From: Dehalococcoidia bacterium
GTDB taxonomy: Bacteria > Chloroflexota > Dehalococcoidia > Dehalococcoidales > UBA1222
Assembly: GCA_009779255.1 (NCBI GenBank)
Contig: WREQ01000004.1
Location: 1-53,768 of the forward strand
Direction: 5' to 3'
DNA: 53,768 nt
The position numbers and the translations under genes are program-made. Below are positions 29,362 to 39,401 of this stretch, piece by piece; the first letter of the stretch is position 1, and every line of letters starts with the position of its first letter. The notes below the pieces were generated by a model. That model was not told where the DNA came from. It did not search any database and saw only the letters and a list, made by a program, of their open reading frames with translations.

Positions 29362-29730
29362 TCAATATTGATAAACCATCGTGTTCTCTATGCCTAAACC
29401 ACTCGGCAGGATTGTAACGTCCTCCTTAACCAGAAAACAAGCGGATGGCTTAGCGAATGTTACAGAACCTTTGGAGTTTGTAGATACCGAATGTGAATAC
29501 TCATGGGTGTAAATGTAAGCTCCAATAGATGAGTCATGTCTATCCAGCACCGCGTCGTAAACATCAATTTTGATACCAGAGAGATCGCCGCTCTTGGTGT
29601 TATCTGCAATCTCCAAGGTGAAACAGCCAAAAGAACCCGCTGCGAGAACAAAGGAGGTAAACAATAAAGCCGTGGACAATGCAAAGGAGGCGAGGATTCT
29701 TTGCAGACTAGATTTGGTGTGAAGTTTCAT
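29362..29730 (-). CDS. Hypothetical secreted protein, possibly truncated
   Basis: GGAGGAG SD before ATG 29730; signal peptide, then a short beta-rich domain that ends abruptly. Confidence 0.6.
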   Translation of the reverse strand: MKLHTKSSLQRILASFALSTALLFTSFVLAAGSFGCFTLEIADNTKSGDLSGIKIDVYDAVLDRHDSSIGAYIYTHEYSHSVSTNSKGSVTFAKPSACFLVKEDVTILPSGLGIENTMVYQY

Positions 29731-29815
29731 TACAGATACTCCTCCTAAAGACAGTTTGCCTTCTTGCACTTGTAGTTTAAACGTAGCAGACCTAATGCAA
29801 AGCTGTCAAATTCTT

Positions 29816-29841
29816 GCTCTATTCTCCGTAAATATCCGACC
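29816..29841 (+). repeat. Islet-boundary motif, copy 2 (26 bp)
   Basis: GCTCTATTCTCCGTAAATATCCGACC, 26/26 identical to the reverse complement of 39402-39427. Confidence 0.92.
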
Positions 29842-29931
29842 GTCCTAATCTTATCTCAAATCTAATGCCGCCTGCATCGTGAGACAGGCTAGTCTCATGA
29901 ATTCTTCGGGTGATAACTACCTGATGCGGTC

Positions 29932-30696
29932 TTAGCTCGTCTTTTTAAGGCAGTCCAGCCACGCGGCGCTGCGCAGGTCTCTCTCCAGCAGGTGGCGCAT
30001 ATAGCTGCGCAACAGCCGCGCCGCCTCGTCCAGCGTAGTGGCATCAATCGGTGCAGCTGCCACGCTTTCCCAGTCGCCGCCCTGGATGAAACGCATGACC
30101 CCCAGTGTGTCCCATGCCACAGCATATCCATAGTGTCTGCCGCTTCTGAGGCAGGATGGGCACAGCGCTCCGCCCGCCGAGGGGGCGAAGGCATTGGCCG
30201 CCATGATGAGTGTATTGCGGCACAGGGCGCACTTTTCCAGTTCCGGACGGTAGCCGGCCTGGCGCAACAGATGCAGTTCAAAATGGCGCAGCAGGAGGTC
30301 TTTGTCACTCGCTTCGGGCAGCCGCCGTAGCGTTTTCAAGAACAGGTCGAACAATTGCGGGTCCTCGGTTTCAGCTGGAGTGAACTGATTTATCATCTCA
30401 GCCGCATACAGCGCGCAGGACAGCATGTCGAGGTCGCTTTTGAGCTTGAGCAGAGGTTCAATGGTGACACTACCGGTAATGGTATCAATATTCTTGCCGC
30501 GCACCAGCGTCACCTGCGAATACGAAAGCATTTCGAGGTGCCCTGAAAGTTTGCTTTTCGGTTTACGCACCGCCCTGGCAAAACCCTGTATCTTGCCCAT
30601 GTGCGGGGTGTACAGCGTCAGGATGCGGTCGGCCTCACCGAGGCGGGTTTTCCTGATGACGATGGCCGTGGTCTGATATATTTGCGGTTTGGACAT
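29932..30696 (-). CDS. recO: DNA repair protein RecO
   Basis: GEADRILTLYT..GKI, ARAVRKPKSKL, FELHLL..AGYRPEL, Zn motif CALC...CPSC. Confidence 0.95.
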   Translation of the reverse strand: MSKPQIYQTTAIVIRKTRLGEADRILTLYTPHMGKIQGFARAVRKPKSKLSGHLEMLSYSQVTLVRGKNIDTITGSVTIEPLLKLKSDLDMLSCALYAAEMINQFTPAETEDPQLFDLFLKTLRRLPEASDKDLLLRHFELHLLRQAGYRPELEKCALCRNTLIMAANAFAPSAGGALCPSCLRSGRHYGYAVAWDTLGVMRFIQGGDWESVAAAPIDATTLDEAARLLRSYMRHLLERDLRSAAWLDCLKKTS

Positions 30697-30904
30697 GGCT
30701 CATGGATAGTATAACACTGAAGTTCCAGTGAGCAAAGAGACGCAGCCTGTCTTTCACGGTCGGCTTTTTTGCCAACCGTGTCCGTGCTGCTTCAACTTTC
30801 ATATCCTGTAATGGCACCAGCGGCAATCCGGTGGGCGGACTCAGTGTCGTGGATTTTCCGAAAACCCTGGTGATGTCCTGACGGGAAAATCGCCGCTTGG
30901 GCGT

Positions 30905-31516
30905 TCAGAATTCCTGCCGGCCTTCTATAGCCCGACTGAGCGTCATATCATCAGCGTATTCCAGTTCTGTTCCGAAAGGCAGTCCGCGCGCCAGCCGCGT
31001 TACACGGATGCCAAGAGGGGCAATCAGCCGCTTCAGATACATGGAGGTGGTTTCACCCTCGACGGTGGGATTTGTGCCGACAATAACCTCTGTTACGCCC
31101 CCTGCCGAGAGACGACGCATCAGCTCCTTGATGCGTATATCACCGGCACCCACACCTTCGGTGGGGGATATGGCGCCATGTAGCACATGATATTGTCCCT
31201 TGTAGAGCGCCATATGCTCCAGCGCCAGAATATCCTGTGGCTGTTCCACGACAAGAATCTGCGACGTTTTTCGCTGGGTATTGCGGCAAATCGGGCACAG
31301 TTCGCCGTCGGCGATGTTGAAGCAGGAAACACACAGCTGCGTTTTGCTTTTGAGCGCCATCAACGCCTCCGCCAGCGCCTGCGTCTGTTCAACAGGGGCG
31401 CGCAACAGGTAATATGTCAGACGCTGGGCGCTCTTGGGACCAACACCCGGCAACTTCGCTAATTCCTGTATCAGGCGGTTTATCGTATCCGATGCCTGCG
31501 GAAAGGTTTTTTCCAC
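30905..31516 (-). CDS. recR: Recombination protein RecR
   Basis: [12 protein letters not shown]4 zinc finger, [25 protein letters not shown]. Confidence 0.97.
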   Translation of the reverse strand: MEKTFPQASDTINRLIQELAKLPGVGPKSAQRLTYYLLRAPVEQTQALAEALMALKSKTQLCVSCFNIADGELCPICRNTQRKTSQILVVEQPQDILALEHMALYKGQYHVLHGAISPTEGVGAGDIRIKELMRRLSAGGVTEVIVGTNPTVEGETTSMYLKRLIAPLGIRVTRLARGLPFGTELEYADDMTLSRAIEGRQEF

Positions 31517-31563
31517 AATTTACTCCTGCGTCCGCTTTCCTGCCTCATATCCGGGGCAGAGGT

Positions 31564-31869
31564 CTAGGTCAAACCGGGAATCTTCAGCCCGCCGGTTACT
31601 TCCTTGAGATCCTTGGATGCCATGTCCTGCGCCTTATCGATGGCCTCGTTGACAGCCTTGAAAATCAGCTTTTCCAAGTCTCCAATTTTATTGAGATTAA
31701 CAGCGGCTGGATCTATTTTGAGCGCGGTGATGCGCAGATGACCATTGACCGTCACTTTTACCGCCCCTTTGCCCTGTTCAACATCTATGGTCTTTTTGGC
31801 CAGTTCCTTCTGTGCCTTTTCCAGTTTGGAGCGCATTTCCAGCGCCTGTTTCATCATGCTTAAGTCCAT
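31564..31869 (-). CDS. ybaB: YbaB/EbfC nucleoid-associated protein
   Basis: MMKQA..M...AQKEL, GAVKVTVNG, IDP, AVNEA, TGGLKIPG; lies between dnaX and recR. Confidence 0.93.
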   Translation of the reverse strand: MDLSMMKQALEMRSKLEKAQKELAKKTIDVEQGKGAVKVTVNGHLRITALKIDPAAVNLNKIGDLEKLIFKAVNEAIDKAQDMASKDLKEVTGGLKIPGLT

Positions 31870-33497
31870 TTATCCTCCACATCGATAACCTGCGCGCCCA
31901 GTTTCTGGGCTTCGCGCACCAAGTGATTTTCATCGGGTTCGTAGATACATCTTATCTGGCAGGGCTTGCCCAAAAAGGCGCTTATCAAGCTGGTCACCAC
32001 CTTGCGGTTTTCCAGTTCCTCCAGTTTTTCGCGATGGTACGCGAATTTGAAAGACAGCACCACGGTATCGCCGTCGATACCGATGGGCTTGACTCCGGCG
32101 CTCCTGAGAATGGCTACGGCCGGAGAGCGCCGCACCACGTCCGGCACCTGCAAGGCGATCAGCGTCCATGAGTTTTGTAACTGCTCCAGCGGCGTACCCG
32201 CGCCTTCGAGGGCAGAAATCCGGACCGGTTCTTTGGGCGGCTCGACAGGTGGGCGGGGAGTGGAAGGATGAACAGGTGCCGACGCCACCGATCTCGACGC
32301 GGTATAGCCTGCCGGAACCGCCGCCACTTTAGGTTCAGATGGTGCGGATGGTGCCGTGGCAAGGCGGGCGTCTTTGCCCAATCCCGCCCCGGCTTTCGCC
32401 GCCGGCTGCTCGATAACTGGCTCAAGAATTGAATCCACCAACGCCATTTCCAGTGGCAGGGTGCTGTCGCTTTCCACATGGCCATCCAGCTGTCCGAAGA
32501 GTTTGACGGCACGCAGTATCTGCTCCAAGGTAACGCCTTCAGTCAGTTTTTTGAGTTCGGCCCGCTCCTCGGCGGTGAGGCCGGTATCGTGATCTACGCC
32601 GCTTTTAAGCAGCAAAAGTTCGCGCAGGTAGACCACCACCTCACGCGTTAGCATCCTGACGTCGATGCCGTCCTCAGCGGCTTTCCCTATGGATTTGAGT
32701 CCATCCCCCACATTTTTAGCCGCGATGTGTTTTACCAGCTCGCGGGCGCGCTCGGAGCCGGCCATACCAAGCATCTCCTGCACCTGTTCAAGCGTAATTT
32801 GCCGTCCGTAGCAGGTGTATGCCTGCTCCAGCATATTTTCGGCGTCACGCATGCCGCCGCGGGAACTCCGGCCAATCAGCCGCAGCGCCTCGGGGGCAAT
32901 CTCAATCTTTTCACCAACCGCTATGCGCGCCAGTGTCTCTTCAATGTCTTTCTGCGAAAGCCTGCGGAAATCAAAGCGCTGGCAGCGCGATACGATTGTG
33001 GACAGCACCTTATGGGTCTCGGTGGTGGCCAGTATGAAGATGACGTTCTGCGGCGGCTCCTCCAGAGTCTTCAGCAGGGCATTGGAGGCGGCAGTTGAAA
33101 GCATGTGGACTTCGTCTATGATATAGACCTTGTATCCGGCCTGCGCCGGAGCGTAGCCGACACGCTCAATAAGCTCGCGCACGCTGTCCACGCCGGTGTG
33201 CGAGGCGGCATCAATTTCAATGACATCCAGCGCCCGACCATCGGTGACGGCCAGACACATGTCGCACTGATTGCACGGCTCGCCCCTGCCGCCGGTTTCG
33301 GGATTTGTGCAGTTGACGGCTTTGGACAAAATCCTGCCGGTGGAGGTTTTTCCGGTGCCGCGCGGTCCGCAGAAGAGATAGGCGTGGGAAACCGAACCCC
33401 CGGCCAGCGCGTTGAGCAGAGTACGGGTGACATGCTCCTGTCCGATGACCTCGGCGAGGGACTGAGGGCGCCACTTGCGGTAGAAAACCTGTGCCAT
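31860..33497 (-). CDS. dnaX: DNA polymerase III subunit gamma/tau
   Basis: YRKWRP, GPRGTGKTS, EIDAAS, IIDEVHML, LLKTLEEPP, SRCQRFDF, GGMRDA. Confidence 0.97.
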   Translation of the reverse strand: MAQVFYRKWRPQSLAEVIGQEHVTRTLLNALAGGSVSHAYLFCGPRGTGKTSTGRILSKAVNCTNPETGGRGEPCNQCDMCLAVTDGRALDVIEIDAASHTGVDSVRELIERVGYAPAQAGYKVYIIDEVHMLSTAASNALLKTLEEPPQNVIFILATTETHKVLSTIVSRCQRFDFRRLSQKDIEETLARIAVGEKIEIAPEALRLIGRSSRGGMRDAENMLEQAYTCYGRQITLEQVQEMLGMAGSERARELVKHIAAKNVGDGLKSIGKAAEDGIDVRMLTREVVVYLRELLLLKSGVDHDTGLTAEERAELKKLTEGVTLEQILRAVKLFGQLDGHVESDSTLPLEMALVDSILEPVIEQPAAKAGAGLGKDARLATAPSAPSEPKVAAVPAGYTASRSVASAPVHPSTPRPPVEPPKEPVRISALEGAGTPLEQLQNSWTLIALQVPDVVRRSPAVAILRSAGVKPIGIDGDTVVLSFKFAYHREKLEELENRKVVTSLISAFLGKPCQIRCIYEPDENHLVREAQKLGAQVIDVEDKWT

Positions 33498-33657
33498 GCT
33501 AGTGGAATATTATAGCTTAAAAAAGAGCTTTCAGCTATCAGTGGTTAGTGGGTGGCAATTGGCTGCCCATCTCCACTCCATACACCAAGGGGACGCGGAA
33601 ACAACGGGGAATTTCGGAGTGGATTAGACGAGCTGCGTGGACTTAATCCTGGTGTTG

Positions 33658-33801
33658 CTATTTGATGAACTTGAATATTTCGGTGCAGCTTGTATTCAGC
33701 GCTCGGATTATTTTCACCAGATTCAGGACGGAAACATTTCTTTTTCCAGTCTCAATCTCGGTATAATAAGAACGGCTAAAGCCAATCTCCCCACTGGGCA
33801 A
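33658..33801 (-). pseudogene. 5'-truncated XRE-family HTH gene (controller-protein-like)
   Basis: Minus frame reads GEIGFSRSYYTEIETGKRNVSVLNLVKIIRALNTSCTEIFKFIK*. This covers the HTH recognition helix and RN.S..N motif; the first helices are missing. Not in the ORF track. Confidence 0.7.
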
Positions 33802-33820
33802 TGGATAGAAGTGAGAGTAT

Positions 33821-34282
33821 GTGACTGGGACTCAATCAAAGACTGGAAGTGTGGTCTTGAAACCGAATTTGCTATATAGCGTCAGGGATTGGTTTTTGAA
33901 ACGAGCCAAGGCATCCTTCAAGAACGCGAAAAGGATTCATAAAAGGCACCTCCGTTATAAGAGGGGCCAATTTCTCGTAATTGCAATAATCCTTTGGTTT
34001 ATGTTTGTGTGTGCATTCATCAATAGCGACATCAAGCTCGGATTATCATTTGCTTTTGCAGGATTCATGGCAATATACACGGGCGTCATTTACAAGGGTG
34101 GGCATGTCATTGTATTTGTGATTGTCGGTATTATACTGGCGATGCCTGTTCCTCCTATGGTATTAGAAGGTTTGAAACTTGGCATACGCGGAGATTGGAT
34201 AAGTGCGATAACCCTTTTCATTTTGGGTTTGTGCTTATGGATACTATCCAGCAGGCTCAAAAAAGGCGAATCGCTTGAGTAA
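33821..34282 (+). CDS. Hypothetical membrane protein
   Basis: About 4 hydrophobic segments after a basic N-terminus; AT-rich; start uncertain. Confidence 0.55.
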   Translation: MTGTQSKTGSVVLKPNLLYSVRDWFLKRAKASFKNAKRIHKRHLRYKRGQFLVIAIILWFMFVCAFINSDIKLGLSFAFAGFMAIYTGVIYKGGHVIVFVIVGIILAMPVPPMVLEGLKLGIRGDWISAITLFILGLCLWILSSRLKKGESLE

Positions 34283-34444
34283 TCAACTGTGACTGTGCAG
34301 GTTTTCGCTATCCAGTATTTTTCAGTCACGACACTGCTTTAACCTGCCGACTCCAACTTGAACCACTCCACAATGCAGCAATTCTATCAAGGCCCGCATT
34401 GGCAGCTGACAGGAGTACAGAATGAAGAATGGGGATGATGGGAT

Positions 34445-34481
34445 TTTCCCACTTGACACTATTTCCCACCCATGCTACTCT
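34445..34481 (+). promoter_or_regulatory. Leaderless-type sigma70 promoter with TTTCCCAC repeats
   Basis: TTGACA (34453)-17 nt-TACTCT (34476), 7 nt before ATG 34489. TTTCCCAC at 34445 and 34462 flank the -35 box. Confidence 0.7.
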
Positions 34482-34488
34482 GGGCAGT

Positions 34489-34770
34489 ATGAATACTGTC
34501 ATCAAGGACTCCGAATTTAGCCGTGTATCCTCCAATGTAAAACCAGACACCAAAAATCGCGTCACCCTCAAACGCGACCCGCAGCGTAAAGACGTAACAT
34601 ATCACGTTTACGTCAACAAGCTGGGACAAATTGTGCTTGACCCGCAAGTGACGATTCCCGCAAGTGAGGCCTGGCTGTTCGAAAATGCCGAAGCCATCGC
34701 CTCGTTGCGCCGCGGACTGTCGGACGCCGCTTCCGGCAAAACCAGCCGGGTAGACTTCAAGAAACTTTAG
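34489..34770 (+). CDS. Putative antitoxin (AbrB-like N-terminus)
   Basis: DTKNRVTL...GQIVLDP, then EAWLFEN.EAIASLRRGLSDAASGK; directly upstream of a RelE-like gene. Confidence 0.72.
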   Translation: MNTVIKDSEFSRVSSNVKPDTKNRVTLKRDPQRKDVTYHVYVNKLGQIVLDPQVTIPASEAWLFENAEAIASLRRGLSDAASGKTSRVDFKKL

Positions 34771-34782
34771 GGCATAAAGGGT

Positions 34783-35076
34783 GTGTTCGAAATCTACTGG
34801 ACAGCCGAAGCCAAAGCTAATTTCACAGCGCTCAAGAACGATCGTTCACGCATCAAGCAGTATAAGGCCGTCAAAAAGGCCATTCTACTGCTTTCACAAA
34901 ACCCGCGCCACCCCGGATTGCAGACCCACGAGTACAGTAGCCTGACCGGCCCCGGCGGCGAAAAGATATTTGAAGCCTACGCCGAACAGAATACACCAGC
35001 GGCATACCGCATTTTCTGGTTTTACGGACCGGAGAAAGGCGCGATTACGCTTGTGGCGATAATACCCCATCCATAG
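34783..35076 (+). CDS. Putative RelE/ParE-superfamily toxin
   Basis: FEIYWTAEA, KKAILLLSQNPRHPGLQTH, FEAY, YRIFWFYGP, ITLVAIIPHP. Confidence 0.78.
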   Translation: MFEIYWTAEAKANFTALKNDRSRIKQYKAVKKAILLLSQNPRHPGLQTHEYSSLTGPGGEKIFEAYAEQNTPAAYRIFWFYGPEKGAITLVAIIPHP

Positions 35077-35319
35077 AAGAGGATTTTAAGGGTTTGCTGC
35101 AAGTCCAGTGACCTCCCCTAGATAAGGTGTAAAATACAGACCCTCAAAACTGTGAAAAACAAAGGGCATTATTCGCAGCAGATCTGACATCGACAATATT
35201 GTTCACACACATTGCCTACTGTCAACCAACACGAACCCGCACCTCGAAAACATGCTACAATCTGGCCAAAACAAGCGTACTCGCGGATAATCGGCTTTCC
35301 ATTTCCTATCCTCCCCACC

Positions 35320-37050
35320 CTACCCCTCTAAATAAACCTCGTTCAGCGCCACCATCCCGAACGCATTCAGGCGGTAGCCTTTGACATAGTCGCGCACCAG
35401 CTGCATATTGGCGCCGCTCCAAAGTGGAATACAGGCCGCGTCATCGACAAGCAACTGCTCCGCCCGCCGGTATAATTCCAAACTCTCTTCCCAATCGGCG
35501 ACCGCCGCTTCGGACAGCAGCGCGTTGAACTCCGCATTCCGGTACTCCCCAATGTTATAGGACATTCCCTCCCCAAACAGCACCTCCAGGAAGTTCTGCG
35601 GACTGGCATAATCTGCGCCCCAACCCCAGTAGTAAATGTTGTCCTTCTCTTCAAAAAGCTGATAGATAAACACCATGGGATCAAGCTGGCGAATGGTAAT
35701 TTCAATGCCAAAGGCCTGTTGCCAGTCATGGACGATAGCGACAAGGTCACCAGACACCCGCCCGCCGTACCCGCCAGTGGTAATGGTGATTGGAGGCAGG
35801 TTTGCCGCCGAGCCGTAGGAGGAAGCGGCAATCAGTGCCAGCGCTCCTTCGACATCATATGGAATGCCACGCAAGGCGTCATTATAGCCCGGAATGCCAG
35901 GCGGCAGAACACCATTAGCCGGCGACAGCACATCGCGGAACATCAACTCCGCAATCCGGTCTTTGTTTACCGCCATGGCAAAGGCACGGCGGATGGCCGG
36001 ATCGTTGAAAGGCGCACGGGTGGTGTCAAACCCAAGATAGGTCAGGCTGAGTTCAGGCGTGATGACCAACTGTCCAGAAAAAGAACCGGCGGGATCGGTG
36101 ACACGGTCGTAATAGATAATGCTGACGTCTGCCACATCAATCTGCCCAGATTCGTAAAGATCCATGGGCAATCCCGCCAGCAGTTTGAAAACCACCTTTT
36201 CAAGACGTGCCCTGTCGCCGTAATACAGCGCATTGCGCTCCAGCACCAGTTCCGAGCCTTCCCTCCACACCGCCAGCTTGAACGGCCCGCTACCGTTGGG
36301 AGTTTTCCACCACGACGGCGCACCTGTCTGGTTTTTATCCACCACCATAGCGGTGGCATAGCTCATCTTCGGAAGGAAGGCCGCCGATGGCGCGGCGAGC
36401 GTTACCTCCAAGGTGTAATCATCCACCACCCGCACACCGGCGAGGCTCTGTGCTGCACCGGAAAGCATGGCGGAAGCGCCGAGAATATCCCCGAGATAAG
36501 TCGAGGCGGTCTGGGAAACGATAGCAGGAGAAAGAGCGCGCTCCCATGAGTATTTGACATCCGAAGCGGTCAGCGCGCGCCCGTCATGGAAAACGGCGTC
36601 GCGGCGCAGATTGAAGGTATACACCAGCCCGTCCGGGCTCACCTGCCAGTCCAAAGCAAGGTCGCCCGCCGGCTCCAGACGGTCATCCAACTTGATCAGG
36701 CCGCTGAAAATCTGGTTGACGTAGCTGTTGGAAGTACTGTCGCCGGCCTGTGCCGGATCCAGCGTAAGCGGATCTGAGCCATACAGATTCAGAGTGCCAG
36801 TGCCTCCTAGGTCAGGAGTGGCGGTAGTCGTGGTGGGCGCCGATGTAACCGACGCAGTAGTAGTCGCCGAAGCGATAGACGTCGTGGTGGTGGACACCGA
36901 TGTAGTAACCACCGATGTGGCAGAGATCGTGGCAGTCGTTGAGGTAGCAGGCGCGGTGGTGGTTCCTGAGCGGCCAAAAATGCCGCAGCCACTTACCAGC
37001 ACGACTATCAGCGCGACGCAGGGCAGTATCATCCTGACATGTTTGCTCAT
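35320..37050 (-). CDS. Peptide ABC transporter substrate-binding lipoprotein (OppA/DppA family) with Thr/Ser-rich linker
   Basis: Lipobox LVSGC, TLDPA, YTFNLR..FHDG..LTASDVKYSW, GSGPFKL, WGWGADY. Start set at ATG 37050. Confidence 0.92.
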   Translation of the reverse strand: MSKHVRMILPCVALIVVLVSGCGIFGRSGTTTAPATSTTATISATSVVTTSVSTTTTSIASATTTASVTSAPTTTTATPDLGGTGTLNLYGSDPLTLDPAQAGDSTSNSYVNQIFSGLIKLDDRLEPAGDLALDWQVSPDGLVYTFNLRRDAVFHDGRALTASDVKYSWERALSPAIVSQTASTYLGDILGASAMLSGAAQSLAGVRVVDDYTLEVTLAAPSAAFLPKMSYATAMVVDKNQTGAPSWWKTPNGSGPFKLAVWREGSELVLERNALYYGDRARLEKVVFKLLAGLPMDLYESGQIDVADVSIIYYDRVTDPAGSFSGQLVITPELSLTYLGFDTTRAPFNDPAIRRAFAMAVNKDRIAELMFRDVLSPANGVLPPGIPGYNDALRGIPYDVEGALALIAASSYGSAANLPPITITTGGYGGRVSGDLVAIVHDWQQAFGIEITIRQLDPMVFIYQLFEEKDNIYYWGWGADYASPQNFLEVLFGEGMSYNIGEYRNAEFNALLSEAAVADWEESLELYRRAEQLLVDDAACIPLWSGANMQLVRDYVKGYRLNAFGMVALNEVYLEG

Positions 37051-38171
37051 GCTGCCGCTCCCAGGTACTTCTGCCGCGCAAAAGGCACCCATTCACTGTA
37101 CAGGCCATCCATATCGAAACCGTAAACAGCCAGCAGAGCACCGTCACAGGTGCTTCCACGACTAAATGTTTCAAGCAGTTGTGCCATTTTCTCACGGCCA
37201 TGGACCGAGATAAGGTAATCAACCACGCTGTAGCTCTCGGCGTATCCCAGATAAGCCAGCAATGCGTCTGTGGAGAATGGACTGGCCATACTGCGTACGC
37301 TGAACAGCATATCCTGCATCAATGCAGCTGTCAGCACAGCCCTGAAGGTGGTATCCAGACTGCCTTCGGCGTACATGGCCAAACCCTCTTCCAGCCATAT
37401 CGGGAGACTGGAATAAGGATTGGTGGTCATCTGGTAATTCACCATATGCGCCAGTTCATGCACCAGCGCCCGCTTGCCCCATTCAAGGCTGCTGGCATTG
37501 ATGCCGATAATAATGGTGCTGTACGCCGGATAGGCGGCGCCACCAGTCCACTCCTGGGGAAACATCATGGCACCCCGCATGGCATCAGAATTTTCATAAA
37601 TGTAGATGGAAACCGGACGACTAAGATGCGCACCGGTGTTGGCCTCCAGCTGCGCCAACCCCTGCTGCGCCGCATCCAGCAATCCCCGCGCAAAGGACTC
37701 CGTTCCGCTATACCAGTAAAGCGTGATATAGCCGCCGTCAATATGGCGCCAGTTGAAGCGCATGTCCTCAAAAACGATTCTCTGCCGCGAGGTGACGAGG
37801 CAATCGCCGGCGCTGTCGGTGAGCGTCCACCAATATTCCACCACGGCGCCGACAGGCAGACCGCCACTCCGGCGCATATCCCAGGTATGGGATGCTTTAA
37901 CGACGGTTCCGGCGGTGAAGAGCGGTTTTTCCTCTGTGAAAACATTGGCAAAACTGTCGCGCTCAACGACAAAGAATAATCTCACGTCCACAATTGGAGT
38001 ACTGCCGGTGGCCTCAAGCGTAAAGCTTATGGCGCTGGGGAAATGCAAAACGGCGGTATTCTTCGTAACATTGATGCCGTCCGCAGTTACGAAGGCGCCA
38101 GGAGAAACTCCGGCCAGCAGACTGGCACAGACGACAGTAGCGCCAAACCATGAGCGCCAGTTTTTAAACAT
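37047..38171 (-). CDS. Secreted peptidase MA-like zinc metallohydrolase
   Basis: Signal peptide, TGGAAY, HELAH...WLEEGLAMY, YAES. Start at ATG 38171, overlapping the prfB end; the ORF-track extension upstream is an artefact. Confidence 0.85.
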   Translation of the reverse strand: MFKNWRSWFGATVVCASLLAGVSPGAFVTADGINVTKNTAVLHFPSAISFTLEATGSTPIVDVRLFFVVERDSFANVFTEEKPLFTAGTVVKASHTWDMRRSGGLPVGAVVEYWWTLTDSAGDCLVTSRQRIVFEDMRFNWRHIDGGYITLYWYSGTESFARGLLDAAQQGLAQLEANTGAHLSRPVSIYIYENSDAMRGAMMFPQEWTGGAAYPAYSTIIIGINASSLEWGKRALVHELAHMVNYQMTTNPYSSLPIWLEEGLAMYAEGSLDTTFRAVLTAALMQDMLFSVRSMASPFSTDALLAYLGYAESYSVVDYLISVHGREKMAQLLETFSRGSTCDGALLAVYGFDMDGLYSEWVPFARQKYLGAAA

Positions 38172-39271
38172 CTTCCTGCCCCATGCCGGCCCGCAAACAG
38201 GCATTGATAAAGCCGTCCAACTCCCCGGCGAGCACGGCGTCGGTATTGCCACTTTCAAAACCAGTGCGATGGTCCTTAACCAGACGGTATGGATGCAGGG
38301 TGTAGCTGCGTATCTGGTTGCCCCACTCCGCCGAAACATGCCGCCCCTTGAGCCGTGCCTGCTCCTCCTCGCGCTTGGCCAGCTCCATCCTGAACAGACG
38401 GGAGCGCAGCAGGCGCATGGCGATTTCCTTGTTTTGATGCTGCGAGCGCTCGCTCTGGCTGGTGACCACCGTGTTGGTGGGAATATGCACAATGCGCACA
38501 GCGCTGGAAACTTTTTGCACGTTCTGGCCGCCGGGGCCGCTGGAGCGATAGGCCTCCACCCGAATGTCATCGGGACGAATCTCAATGTCAACATCGCCGG
38601 CGGTTTCCGGCATCACCTCCACCAGCGCAAACGAGGTATGGCGCGCGTGGTCGGAATCGAAGGGGGAAATACGTATCAGGCGATGCACGCCGTGTTCACA
38701 TTTGAGATATCCATAGGCATATTCGCCGGACAGCTCCATGGTCGCGCTTTTAATGCCGGCCTCCTCACCCTCGGAACGCTCCACCACATCCACCTTATAG
38801 CCGTGCCGCCCGGCCCAGCCCAGATACATTTTGAGCAGCATGCCAGCCCAGTCCTGGCTTTCGGTGCCACCGGCGCCGGCGTGGATGCTTAAAACGGCGC
38901 CGCGCGCGTCGTATGGCGAAGACAGCGCCAGCCTGAACTCCATTTCATCGAGCAAGGCGGAGAGAGAATCTATCTCGGAGACAATTTCGTCCGCCAGTGA
39001 CGGAGAAGAAGAGTCGCCGTCGAGATTCATCAACTCGCCCAGCTCCGCCACTTTCCGCTCCAGCTCCCGCCATTGACCGGCTGTTTTTCGCAAATCGGCT
39101 AGGCGGCGCATCTTTTCCTGTGCCGCAACAGTGTCGTCCCAGAAATCGGCATCGGTGATTTCACGCTCTATAGCAGCAATTTCCTTTTCTTTGGCAGTTA
39201 TGTCAAAGACGCACCAGATCGGCGGCGATGCGGTTTTGCTCTGCGGTCAACCTGTCGTGTATCTCTGACAT
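38164..39271 (-). CDS. prfB: Peptide chain release factor 2 with programmed +1 frameshift
   Basis: 22 codons from ATG 39271 to CTT-TGA-C (39208-39202), then the +1 frame with GAGGTES, SPF, GGQ and WGNQIRSY. Confidence 0.96.
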
Positions 39272-39401
39272 TGTAACTACCTCTGTATCAAGTATTCCGC
39301 TTAAGTATAGCGCTTCCCTGCTGATTTTAATATTTGACGACTGGTATTCATAACGACCATGCCCACTGTCGATGCGCCAGCCGCGTTGGCTCCGGCGGGC
39401 T

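Noticed and set aside
29816-29841. dif/pdif or integron attC identity for the 26-bp motif
   Set aside because: There is no XerD-like TTATGTTAAA arm and no RYYYAAC...GTTRRRY palindromic structure.
31860-33497. Programmed -1 frameshift in dnaX
   Set aside because: No A AAA AAG slippery site with a downstream hairpin was seen; only an A6C run within the conserved domain.
33500-33650. SRP RNA (ffs), often found upstream of dnaX
   Set aside because: The conserved SRP domain IV motif was not found on either strand.
35089-35186. Possible MITE with GGTTTGCTGCAA / TCGCAGCAGATC ends
   Set aside because: Only about 9/12 inverted identity, no clear target duplication and no second copy in the window.
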